Shown here: positions 24,040-39,898 of the stretch, piece after piece | Numbering within the stretch: the stretch's first letter is position 1 | Layout: every line of letters starts with the position of its first letter | NCBI RefSeq assembly: GCF_009914755.1 | Contig: NC_060933.1 | Length of the DNA: 64,000 nucleotides | Source of the DNA: the human T2T-CHM13v2.0 reference genome, Homo sapiens | Strand: one strand, 5' to 3' | Made by a program: the position numbers and the translations under genes | The notes under the pieces: model-generated | What the model saw: the letters and a program-made list of their open reading frames with translations, nothing else | Told to the model about the DNA's origin: nothing | Database searches by the model: none

Positions 24040-25769
24040 TGCAACAGTTAGGATCACAGAAGGGAACAGATGGCACTCTCAAATGGGGTAATTGAGGAGT
24101 TTAATAAAGAGACTACTTTTTTTAAAATGTGGCAAAGTTAAAGGAAAATAGCTAGGATGGTAAAGTCCCTTGGAGTTAGCAACAGTGGGGAAACTGGCAT
24201 CCTTTGTTATCCAAGTTCAAAGATAATAATCACAGCTTAGATATTTTACTTCTCATTGATGTTCTATTTAAACTCTGAAATTATCTTGACTATAAAGTTT
24301 TAACCTTTTGGGGTTCCCAAAACAATTTTGCAGGATTTGAGTCTATGGAAGCCCTGTCTTCAATAGATCTTTGCAATTTCTCATTGCCCATTATTGTTGA
24401 GCATACCAAGAGAAACCTTAGAGAATTTCTTGGTTCCAGATATAGTTCTTACTTGCTCGCACTGTGTGGCAGAAAACCCATTTTCCCTTGGTAACCTTCA
24501 TCTCTGCCTACTGGCTTACAGCCTGAGGACCCCTGTATGGTCAGGAAGCAGTCTTGGTCTCCCATTTGTCAAAACAATGACTGTGTTCTCTGACAAGTAG
24601 GTTTCACTGAGACCAAAGTCACAAAGAGGGAAAATAATATTTCCTTCAGTAAACTGTTTGCCACAATAATGAGAATATTCATTCTTTTCATACGATTGTT
24701 CCTCAGCATGAGACTGGCTAGGACAGAGCTCTAAATTAGGTCTGTAAATAACTCTGGTCTTGATCTAGACACTTAGCGATATCTTCTCTGTGACTACAGG
24801 AGATAAGCAAATTCTTCAAGGCTTCCATAGATGCTTTCTGATTTTCCATTTGCATTTTCAGTTGGGAATTAAGTGATTTCAGCTTCTCTCTCTTTCTTTT
24901 TTTTCTTCTTTTCTTCTGTCCTTTTCTCCCTTCCTCTCGCACTCCCTTCATTATTTTTGTCTCTCTCTCTGTTTTTACTGTATATAATCCTTAGTGCCAT
25001 AAGAAGCTACTAGATGACCCTACACACTTTATAATTGCTATTATTACCATAGCAGTTAAGTGCCATAGCCACTTGATCTCCCAACAGCTTGCCCTCCACT
25101 TATAATTTATCTCATGTCACTAGCAATACTAACTGGTAATTATAGTGCAATTTAATGAAAGAGATTACTTACATTCCTTTCTTTTCCCCCAAGAAGGTAG
25201 ATATTTCCTGAGTTTGCCTTCTGTTTTCTGGAGTGGCTTCTGATAACATTTATTGCATCAATAAGATTTTCATCAAGAAAAAGAATACAAGAAGAATTTT
25301 TGGAGCACTTATTAATAAAGGAATAATTTAACTGCCATGGTCAGGTTAAGGGGTTAAGGTGACCATGAGGATGATTTCTCATTTCAAAGAGAAATGAGGA
25401 ATCACCCTCAGGCTAGCAAAAAGTAGAGAACCATTACCACTCTCAGGCTTGAATGCGAAGATGTAGTTACTGGAACTCAGAGAGAGGGGCTATAGTACAG
25501 GGAGAAGTCCAATCAATATAATTTCTGGCTTTAGTTTGAGGGACTCAGCCAATATTGAGACTTGGTGGAGAGGGAGACCAAGATCAGATCTTACTCTCTG
25601 TGAGCACTTTGATCTCTTGCTGGAGTCTCCAATTGGCAGAACTCAATTGGGGGCCAGAAGGCAAGATCCCAGTGGATGTAGCCCATATGGGTCTGATTCT
25701 AGGGACTAGAGCAGAGTTGAGAATGATTACATATCCTCTGAAGGAGCAACTAAAAAAAAATCCATCACA
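24040..25769 (-). mobile_element. ERVL provirus remnant with LTR41-like LTRs: 5' LTR 25254-25769, internal gag region ~24200-25253, partial LTR 24040-24200
   Basis: Two related LTR segments (TTAATAAAG(A/G)...GTTAA(A/G)GG...TAGCAA); ORF 24736-24951 (EKLKSLNSQLKMQMENQKASMEALKNLLISCSHREDIA) resembles the ERVL Gag N-terminus. Confidence 0.65.
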
Positions 25770-26273
25770 CAACTGAAAGAAGTATTCAGTCACTAGGAAT
25801 GATGCTAAAGAAAAAATATTCATAGATATGACACAATGTATACATCATGTTTATAATTTTTATAAAGTGGGTTATAAATTCACATTTCATAATTAAGATT
25901 AATATAGATAAATAGACTAGAGAGACATGGAGAACAAATAATAATATTGGAATGGGAAACAAATGATTTTAGAGACAGTGTCTCCAAAGGAGAAAAAATG
26001 AAAGAAAATCCGAGGGATAGACTATCTGTGTTTGGATGTACTGAACAGTGATTTTCATTTTGTGTAGGGAGATCTGAGATGAATTAGAGAAACTTACCTT
26101 AAAAAACACAAAAGGAAAATGAGTATATTTCTGACTGTAGTTCATTTCTTGATACCCTAAGCTGTTCACTCAGAGCATTACACACACACGTGCATGCGTG
26201 CACACACACACACGGAGAGAAAGATACAGAGAGGGAGAGAACAAATAAAATAATTTTCAGGATAGACAAAGAG

Positions 26274-28069
26274 TGAAATGGGAAAAGTTCCCTTATCCCC
26301 CTTGCAGGGCATGTGATGGGAGTGTGGCTCGCTTCCTGGGTACTCAAAACCCCTAGGCAATCAGACAGAGGGGCAGGTTGTGGGGCTCTGACCCCTGACC
26401 CCACGGCAGTGTCTAGGGGTAAATGTTTACAGCTCCTGAGGCCCCAGTGGGCTTGTGTTACCATGTGCTCTTTTAGTTTAGCCATCCGTAGGGGGCTAAA
26501 CACAGCACAATTATATCCCTTGCCTTATCAAAGGGAAAGGGGGCTTTCAGTATCTTGGAGTTTCTTGCCTTGGTGTACCAGAAGAACCAGATAACACATG
26601 GGCTTGGAGAATGAGTGCAAGGTTTTATTGAGTAGAAGTAGCTCTCAGCAGATGGGGGAGTGAGAAGGGAATTGAAGTGGGAAGGTGGTTTTCCCCTGGA
26701 GTTGGGCCACTTAGTGGCCTAGGCTCTCCTCTGACTGCCCCGGCCAAACTCCCCTTCATTCCACCGGGCAATGGCCTGCCAGCCTGCTGACGTCTGTCAG
26801 TGTGCTGTTACACAGTGCATTCCCCTCGACATCCAGCTGCTTGTGTCTCTGCCCTCTAGGGTCTCAGTTTTTGTTGTTGTTGTTGTTTGTTTGTTTGTTT
26901 GTTTCTTTTTCCATACTTCAAGTTCTGGGATACATGTGCAGAACGTGCAGGTTTGTTACATAGGTATACACGTGCCATGGTGGTTTGCTGCACCCATCAA
27001 CCCGTCATCTACATTAGGTATTTCTCCTAATGCTATCCCTTCCGTAGCCCCCCACACCCCAACAGGCCCCAGTGTGTGATGTTCCCCTCCCTGCGTCCAT
27101 GTGTTCTCATTGTTCAACTCCCACTTATGAGTGAGAACATGCAGTGTTTGGTTTTCTGTTCTTGTGTTAGTTTGCTGAGAACGATGGTTTCCAGTTTTAT
27201 CCATGTCCCTGCAAAGACATGAATTCATCTTTTTTATGGCTGCATAGTATTCCATGGTGTATATGTGCCACATTTTTGTTATCCAGTCTATCATTGATGG
27301 ACATTTGGGTTGGTTCCAAGTCTTTGCTATTGTGAATAGTGCCACAATAAACATACATGTGCATGTGTCTTTATAGTAGCATGATTTACAATACTTTGGG
27401 TATATACCCAGTAATGGATTGCGGAGTCAAATGGTATTTCTGGTTCTAGATCCTTGAGAAATTGCTACACTGCCTTCCACAATGGTTGAACTAATTTACA
27501 CCCCCACCAACAGTGCAAAAGCTTACCTATTTCTCTACATCCTCTCCAGCATCTGTTGTTTCCTGAGTTTTTAGTGATCACCATTCTAACTGGCATGAGA
27601 TGGTATCTCATTGTGGTTTTGATTTGCATTTCTCTAATGACCAGTGATGATGAGCTATATATATATATATGTTTGTTGGCTACATAAATGTCTTCTTTTG
27701 AGAAGTGTCTGTTCATATCCTTTGCCCAATTTTTGATGGTTTTTTTTTTCCTGTAAATTTGTTTAAGTTCCTTGTAGATTCTGGATATTAGCCCTTTGTC
27801 AGATGAATAAATTGAAAAAAATTTCTCCCATTCTGTAGGTTGCCTATTCACTCTGATGATAGTTTATTTTGCTGTGCAGGGTCTCAGGGTTTTTATAGAC
27901 ACAGGATGGGGGCATCGTGGGCCAGGGTAGTCTTGGGAAATGAAACATTTGGGCAAGAAGGCAGGAGTGCCTGTCCTCTCCAAGTCCATAAGCACAGGCC
28001 TTGGGGTGGAGCCCTCGCCAGGGACCCGCCCTTCTCTACTCAGCACTTCCCTGCATCCCTCCAGTATCA
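26274..28069 (-). mobile_element. ERV1 solo LTR (LTR27/LTR28/LTR1 group), interrupted by an L1
   Basis: TG...CA termini with 4-bp TSD AGAG (26270-26273, 28070-28073); minus-strand TATAAAAA near 27890-27897 and AATAAA near 26624-26629. Confidence 0.8.
26868..27877 (-). mobile_element. L1PA7-like, 5'-truncated (~1 kb)
   Basis: 3' UTR AAGTTCTGGGATACATGTGCAGAACG; ORF2 C-terminal ORFs 26956-27354 and 27465-27851; TSD core AGGGTCTCAG (26858-26867, 27878-27887). Confidence 0.92.
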
Positions 28070-29838
28070 AGAGGAAGAGAAGATTGCTAAAAAGTCTCCT
28101 ACAAAACTTGATTTACTCTTCAGGTTAGAGATTGAGTATATGAAGAAGGATCTCCATCACGGATAAAGTAAAGAGAAGTTCCTATGGAAGTGGGTAGAGT
28201 AAGTCCTAAATTTAACTAAAATTTTGCATGCCATCTTATCAGGCTCCTTTAAGTATAATATACTAATAATTATGTGTGATATACCAGGTGACCAGATTTG
28301 TTGTTTGCATAAGTCTGAGTTTTTCCATAATGAATGAGTTTAAATTCCAGATAAAGAACAAAATGCACACACACAAACAAAAAGTTTAGTGTTCATCTTT
28401 AGGAGTGAGAAAAAACGGAGACATTTTTGAAGACTGCATTTCACTATGCAAGCCCCCTTGGAAATTTCAGAATGATAAAGGATAAAATGGTGGTAGGAGC
28501 TGGTGAAAGAAAGGTAATCAGACAAAGATCTAGTCTACAGCAACAGCAGAACGGGAAAACAAAGAGAGGTCCAGAGAAACATCTTCTTCTCTTCAGATGT
28601 TCCCTAACATATTTTTTGTTTACTAATGTTTTCTGGGAGTTACTTGAGTATTTCTTTAAGTTGCACTTTATTTCCTGAAGCCATTTAGTGACACAGTTTT
28701 TCTTTTCTCTTCTAAAGCTTGATAATTCTTAGATTAAGAAGTTTCTCTCATTCCTCAGTTTTTATTTCATATTTTTAACTAGTTTATACAAAATCTGTGC
28801 TCTTATTTATTTCCCTAACACTGCTTGCACCTCCATTATTTCATTGATTTTCAGAAGAGAAGTTATATGTGAGTCAAAACTAATTTTCTTCCTTTTGGCA
28901 CTAAGCCTTAAGAACTGTTTTTGCATTAATCTGAAAGGGAAGCTTCACACTTCATTTAGTAACTACACATTAAAAAGAAGTTTTCATTTTCTACTGCTGA
29001 ATATAGATCAACACAAATCCTCCATTAAGGATGAAAATCTTTTCCTTAATTCCTAGGCACATCTATAAAGCTTTCTATATCCTTACTTTAATATTAAACA
29101 CACAGGCATTTTATTTTGAAAATAAAAAAGGTTTTTTATTTCCTGTTTATTTTTTAAATCAGGTAGATATATCTCCTTGCTTACCAACTATAATCTTTAC
29201 ACTCATCCAGTTTCAAACGTGGGCAGGTGCTTAAAAAATGTCTCTGAATTTTAATTTTTTATTGCTAATAGTCTTATTCTGTCTAGGATATTGAGGATAC
29301 AGTGACAAAAGAAATAGATATGGCCTCTATCCTTAAGAAGTTTGCAGTCTTTATGCTATTAATACAATATCCCATCCTATTATTTTTCCAACATGAAATT
29401 GTTTACTTATAACTTTATCTTACTTGAAATCATTGCCGCTTTCCTTTATATCTAATCATAAATGAGGCAAAGCAGTTTTTGACAGCTATAATATATATTT
29501 AGGGTGGCTCTTTTAACAGAGCAATTTCACAAAGCTAAGGGCATGTGCAAAGATATTAGTGTGAACCACTTTCCTATAATATTCATGTTTTTCAGCCCTG
29601 ATTTTGCTCAGAATACTGGCATATGCACTCCGGCAGGATGTTCTGTCTTGCTTCCTCCACTTCATTTCCCATTTCAGAGAATAGGTTTCTATCTTTGCAA
29701 AAGCTGCTGTGCACAAAACAGTGCTGTCTGTTTTGCTGTTCCTCATTTCTTCCTTCAATCCTAAAATCTCTTTTATTATTTTTAATGGAGGTACCTCAGA
29801 GCCTTCATCCTTCAAATTAAAAAAATTCTAAATGGAAT

Positions 29839-30062
29839 AAAAGTGACAAAATTGTCCCAGTTCGCTCCAAACTTTCTTTTTTTTAAAATTTTATTATTAT
29901 TATACTTTAAGTTTTAGGGTACATGTGCACAACGTGCAGGTTTGTTACATATGTATACATGTGCCATGTTGGTGTGCTGCACCCATTAACTTTTAGCATG
30001 GAAAGTTCCACATGCTGGAAAGCCCCTTGGTTCCAGGCAAATCAATATGGTTTATCAATTTA
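29839..30062. mobile_element. MER81 hAT MITE split by a ~115-bp L1PA 3'-end insertion (29877-29991, minus)
   Basis: GTGACAAAATTGTCCCAGTT...TTTTAGCATGGAAAGTTCCAC...CAGGCAAA matches the MER81 layout; the insert is the L1PA4-like extreme 3' UTR with poly(T). Confidence 0.7.
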
Positions 30063-30554
30063 ATTATGTACTTGTTATTTTGCTAGAGGCCAAGATGGGA
30101 AAATCCAAAGTTGAATAACACTCTCTGCTGTGGAAGAACTTACAGTAACAAAAGGCCTAATACAATTACCAGGGACAAATTGTTCTAAGATAATCAGAAC
30201 ATTAGAAATGACACTTTTCCTTATTTTTATAAACCATAATATATCTGGCTACAGGACAACTCACTATGGTTGGCCAGACATTTAATACATGTTATTTTGA
30301 ATCCTTTCTCCTTTTCTCTTGGATTTAACCCTGGGCCCTGTGTGAGCCAGGACATAGGGCAAGGGCTTTACTGCTCAGTGCTTTGCAGTCACTTCTGCTG
30401 CTGATTCTTGCCTCTACCTGAATGACATTTGGGGGACAACTATGATACAGTCCAAGGTCACATTACTCAGTGCTCAGGCTTCACAAATGCCCAAATAGAC
30501 ACCATCATCTGAAGTCCTGTTACTTGAAAAGTGCGTTGACTTACATTTGTATAA

Positions 30555-30831
30555 TTTTTTAAAAATTATTATACTTTAAGTTCTGGGGTACACGTGCAGA
30601 ATGTGCAGGTTTGTTACATAGGTATACACGTGCCATGGTGGTTTACTGCACCCATCAACCCGTCATATACATTAGGTATTTCTCCTAATGCTATCCCTCT
30701 TCTAACTCCCACCCCACCACAGGCCCCGGTGTGTGATGTTCCCCTCCCTGTGTCCATGTATTCTCAGCAAACTAACACAAGAACAGAAAACCAAACACTG
30801 CAGGTTGTCACTCATAAGTGGGAGTTGAACA
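30555..30831 (-). mobile_element. Very short L1PA7-like insertion with 5' inversion
   Basis: 3' UTR on minus 30555-30766; the adjacent consensus segment follows inverted at 30761-30831. Confidence 0.88.
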
Positions 30832-30949
30832 TTTATACACTATTAAAGACAACAATTCTATAATGTTAATAATTACCCATAAAACTTATGTGATGGTATT
30901 AAATCGGGTAAATTTCTAGAAACAAAATGAGATGGTTAAATGATAGGAT

Positions 30950-32420
30950 TACCTTAAATTTCCTTGAAGCAGATTACCAAGTTAATATCCAGAAACTATT
31001 TTCTCCAATTTATAGTACCACCATGGATATAAGACAATGTTCAGTTTTTACTAGCAAACACTGAATATTGAGATAAAATTGACTGCTTTTGCACTCATAG
31101 AGATAAAATGATACTTCGGTTAAATTAAAAACAACAATTAACATTGAAGTTGAATATTTGCATTTGTTGTGCTTCTTTTTTATTTTTTGTCTCTTTCAGA
31201 ATACTAATTGGAAAGAGCTTTTCTGTAACAAATACATTAAATTTCTATCAGTAGACTGAACATAGCTTTCTCAACTTGAAATTTGCCTTTTTACTTTTTT
31301 ATGTTAATAAATAACATATTTGAAGAATACGATATTTTAGAAATAATTAGAAATAATTCTAATTACCTTTTCCTACATTGTTTCTCTCTATAGATTTTTG
31401 ATTATAAGACCTATTCTACTACTAGATCTATGCTCTCTGTTCTTCAGATATTTTTATGGTTATTTATTTTTACACATGAATATTTCACTTATCTAGGATG
31501 TATTGTAAGTATGATAAATAGATGCAATTCTCCTTCCCAAATAGCCAAGTGCCAAACCACCAATTTTTTCTTCTTTTAATCAATAATCTTAAGTTCCACT
31601 AAATTTTCTAATATACTAAAATTTGCTTTTGCCATCCTTAGATTTCCATCCTGTGTCATAAATGTATGAAGAGCTAATGCTGTATCATGCTGTTTTAACT
31701 GTATGTTTTCAGTATATTCTAATATCTGCTATCATAAACCTATTTTATGCTTCCAAATCCATCCTCACTCTAATTGCTGCTCTTTCTTCAAAATATCTCA
31801 GGCTGTATAATTTTCTTTATAGTTCTGGGTTATATTTAAGATAATCTCTTCAAATAAAAAAGCCTTTATACTATATGTTAATTTTTAGAGAAGATTACAA
31901 TTCTGAATTTTGCCATCTAGGAATATTTTTGTCTCTCCAACTGTTTAATACTTCATTTACAATCTTTCAAAATATTTGTAATTTGCTTTTTCATATAAGT
32001 ACATCACATTTCTTTGCAAGGTTCATATATTTTAATTCTATGTTTAACAAGAAGATCCTTCCTTTCCATATTTTCCCCCTTTGTTTATTGTTAGTACATA
32101 AGAAAGTTATTTGTTTTTATAAGTATATTTCAACGGAAAATTTACTGAGCACCATTCATATTGTAATATTATAAAATTTATGAGTGTCATAATATATTTT
32201 CCTGGATTTCAAGGTCAACAGTAATAAAATCCATCAAATGACAATTTTGTCTTTGTTTCAGTATTTATACAGTTTATTTCAATATCTAGTGTTAGTAGTC
32301 ATCCACTTACAAACCATCATAAATATCAATGGTGGTAGTGAGTAAATATTTCGTGATCTCACTTTAATGAGAATTAAACTTGTGTTTCATTTTTCACTTT
32401 GATGCTAGCTGTTAGTTTGA
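30950..32420 (-). mobile_element. Highly degraded L1ME/HAL1-type sequence
   Basis: T-rich tract with residual reverse-strand L1 motifs. Confidence 0.5.
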
Positions 32421-32469
32421 TATATAGACAAAATCATTTTTAAAGGTACAAGGGGACTCTCTGTCCTAT

Positions 32470-32809
32470 TGTTGCTGTATTTCCTTAGTTCAGCTAAAGA
32501 TGGGGTCCTTATCACATGGCCATTAAAGATTAGGCTCGCAGACAATTTGAAAAGTGAATGAGGCAGGGTTTTATTGGGAGAAAAGGACAGAAAGAGGAAA
32601 CAGAGACCTTCTGCAAAGCCAGAGTCCCTGCTGGTGTGCTTCCAGCCTCACAGTTTGAATCCCAGGTTCCACACAGGAAAAGGCGGGGCCAGGCTCCTCC
32701 CTGCTGCAAATGGGGACAAACTTCTGTGGCTCCACCCCAGTGCGCACTGCACCCAGTGTGCAGGCTGGTTGGAGTTTTGCCAGGGAGTGCTTCCCACCTG
32801 ACTGTCTCA
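32470..32809 (-). mobile_element. MER61 solo LTR (ERV1)
   Basis: Minus strand begins TGAGACAGTCAGGTGGGAAG; 4-bp TSD CTAT (32466-32469, 32810-32813); splits an L1M 3' end. Confidence 0.85.
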
Positions 32810-33017
32810 CTATCTTTGCAACTTCCTGTAAATCTATAATTACTACCAAATAAAATATATAAATTTAAAAACATTGGAATATCTTTTGTTTTTACTTATC
32901 TAGCACTTATTCTTTCTTCCTCTGATAAGTGTCCTATTTTTATTTTCTTTGGAGCTACTCTTTCTTTTTTTGAATACAATCTCAGTGAGACTGTCAACCG
33001 AGTTATCCTCATTTTTA

Positions 33018-33071
33018 TTTTTATTTATTTATTTTCTTGAGATAAAGTCTCGCTCTGTTACCCAGGCAGGG
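33018..33071 (-). mobile_element. Extremely 5'-truncated Alu (3' ~30 nt plus tail)
   Basis: TTGAGATAAAGTCTCGCTCTGTTACCCAGGC flanked by a 14-bp TSD TATCCTCATTTTTA (33004-33017, 33072-33085). Confidence 0.85.
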
Positions 33072-33295
33072 TATCCTCATTTTTAGAGCCAGAGACAGAT
33101 GAGGAATAACAAAGGGAGACAGATGAGAAGTCACAGGGAGGAGATTTTGGCATCCTTGAAATTAGGCAGATGGAGTCTAAAAAGAGAAGTGGTCCATAGT
33201 TTTGAAAACTACAGTACGTCTTAGTAGAATGAGAACTGTGAACCTGTTTTTTTACTGGCTATCAGAACTTTGGGGACTGTTATAAGAATCACATG

Positions 33296-33612
33296 AGCCA
33301 GGCACCATGGCTCATGCCTGTAATCCCAGCATCTGGGGAGGACAAAGCAGGAGGATTGTTTGAGCCTAGGAGTTTGAGACCAACATAACGAAACCCCATC
33401 TCTACAAAAAAAAAAAATAAAATAAAATGCAAAAAATTAGCTGGGTTTGGTGGCACACACCTGCAGTCCTAGCTACTCAGTAGGCTGAAGCAAGAAGATT
33501 GCTAGAGTCTGGGAGGTTGAGGCTGCAGTGAGCTGTGAGCCATGATCGCACAACTGCACTCCAGCTTGGGTGACAGAGTGAGACTCTGTTTCAAAAAAAG
33601 AAAATTAAAAAG
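33296..33612 (+). mobile_element. AluJ
   Basis: Full dimer with GGAGGATTGTTTGAGCCTAGG and GAGGCTGCAGTGAGC, A-tail. Confidence 0.92.
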
Positions 33613-35094
33613 AATTTAATCTTTAAATTCCTCAAGTATTCTAAAATAATCTAGGAAGGAAACCCTACAATCTATGTTTTTAGTAAGCAAAACTGATAAT
33701 TTTGTTACAAGAAGTACACAGACCACAGTTTTCAGAAACACTAGATGGGCATGCTTTTTCCTTGTAAGATAAAGAACATGAAATCACTGAATTCAGGGCA
33801 AATTAAATGACCAAACCAAATCAATATTCTGATTGATCTGATTTAGTTTGCAGAAACTAGTCATTACCATGGCAAAGGGCAGTGGAGGAATATTCAATAA
33901 AATGATTTTTATATACATAAAATAAACATGATACTATTATTCCTTGATCCTTTTGTGTAACTTCTGATACTATTTTCAGTTAAACAAAAAATTTAATTTC
34001 AAAATGCCCTCTCTTATTTCCTTGAGCAGTGGTTTGTAGATCTCCTTGAAGAGGTCCTTCAGATACCTTGTTAGCTGTATTCCTAGGTATTTTATTCTCT
34101 TTGTAGCAATTACGAATGGGAGTTCATTCATGATTTGGCTCTCTGCTTGTCCTTTGTTGGTGTATAGGAATGTTTGTGATTTTTGCACATTGATTTTTGT
34201 ATCCTGAGACTTTGTTGAAGCTGCTTATCACCTTAAAAATTTTTTGGGCTGAGACGATGGGGCTTTCTAAATGTAGAATCATGTCATCTGCAAACAGAGA
34301 CAATTTGATTTCCTCTCTTCATATTTTAATACCCTTTATTTACTTCTTTTGTTTGATTGCCCTAGTCAGAACTTTTAATACCATGTTGAACAGGAGTGTG
34401 AGAGAGGGCATCCTTGTCTTGTGCTAGTTTTCTTTCATATATGTATATATATATTTTTTAATTATAATTTAAGTTCTAGGGTACATGTACACAACGTGCA
34501 GGTTTGTTACATATATGTTCATGTGTGATGTTGGTGTGCTGTACCCATTAACTCGTCGTTTACATTAGGTATATCTCCTAATGCTATCCCTCCCCCTTCC
34601 CCCCCCTTCACAACAGGCCCCGGTGTGTGATGTTCCCCTTCCTGTGTCCAAGTGTTCTCATTGTTTAATTCCCACCTATGAGTGAGAACATGCGGTGTTT
34701 GGTTTTTTGTCCTTGTGATAGTTTGCTGAGAATGATGGTTTCCAGCTTCATCCATGTTCCTAAAAAAAGACATGAATACATCATTTTTTATGGCTGCATA
34801 GTATTCCATGGTGTATATGTGCCACATTTTCTAAATCCAGTCTATCATTGATGGACATTTGGGTTGGTTCCAAGTCTTTTGTTTTTATTATTACAGTTTT
34901 AGTTTTAGGGTACATGTGCACAACGTGCAGGTTTGTTACATATGTATACATGTGCCATGTTGGTGTGCTGCATCCGTTAACTGGTCATTTAGCATTAGGT
35001 ATATCTCCTAATGCTATCCCTCCCCTCTCCTCCCACCCCACAACAGGCCCCGGTGTGTGATGTTCCCCTTCCTGTGTCCACGTGTTCTCATTGT

Positions 35095-38921
<3,827 letters not shown>

Positions 38922-39898
38922 TATGATGTTAGCTGGTTATTTTGTTCGTTAGTTGATGACGAGTGATTTCTGCATTTCGAACTGAGCTACTGGGTTCATC
39001 TTACTGGGGCTTGTCAGACAGTGGGTGCAGGACAGTGGGTGCAGCGCACGGAGTGTGAGCTGAAGCAGGTTGAGGCATTGCCTCACCGGGGAAGCACAAG
39101 GGTTCAGGGAATTCCCTTTCATAGCCGAGCAAAGCTGTGACACAGGGCACCTGGAAAATCGTCACTCCCACCCTAATACTGTGCTTTTCCAATGGTCTTA
39201 GCAAACAGCACACCAGGAGATTATATCCCACACATGGCCTGGAGGGTCCCACGTCCACAGAGCCTCGCTCATTGCTAGCACAGCAGTTTGAGATCCAACT
39301 GCAATGTGGCAATGAGGCTAGGGGAGAGGCGCCCGCCATTGCTGAGGCTTGAGTAGGTAAACAGAGCAGTGGGGAAGCTGGAACCACAGCTCAAGGAGGC
39401 CTGCCTGCCTCTGTAGACTGCACCTCTGGGGGCAGGGCATAGCTAACAAAAGGCAGCAGAAACCTCTGCAGACTTAAGTGTCCCTGTCTGACAGCTTTGA
39501 AGAGAGTAGAGGTTCTCCCAGCATGGAGTTTGAGATCTGAGAATGGACAGACTGCCTCTTCAAGTGGGTCCCTGACCCCTGAGTAGCCTAACTGGGAGGC
39601 ATCCCACCAGTAGGAGTAGACTGACACCTCACACGGCCAGGTATCCCTCTGAGATGAAACCTCCAGAGGTACAATCAGACAGCAACATTTACTGTTCAGC
39701 AATATTTGCTGTTCTGTAGCTTTCACTGCTGATACCCAGGCAAACGGTCTGGAGTGTACCTCCAGCGAACTCCAAAAGACCTGCAGCTGAGGGTCCTGAC
39801 TGTTAAAAGGATAACTCACAAACAGAAAGGACATCCACACCAAAACCCCATCTGTACATCACCACCATCAAAGACCAAAGGCAGATAACACCACAAAG

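Noticed and set aside
39391-39843. 150-aa minus-strand ORF in the L1 5' UTR (also 60931-61233)
   Set aside because: Antisense frame of L1 5' UTR sequence upstream of the ORF0 start; no evidence of translation
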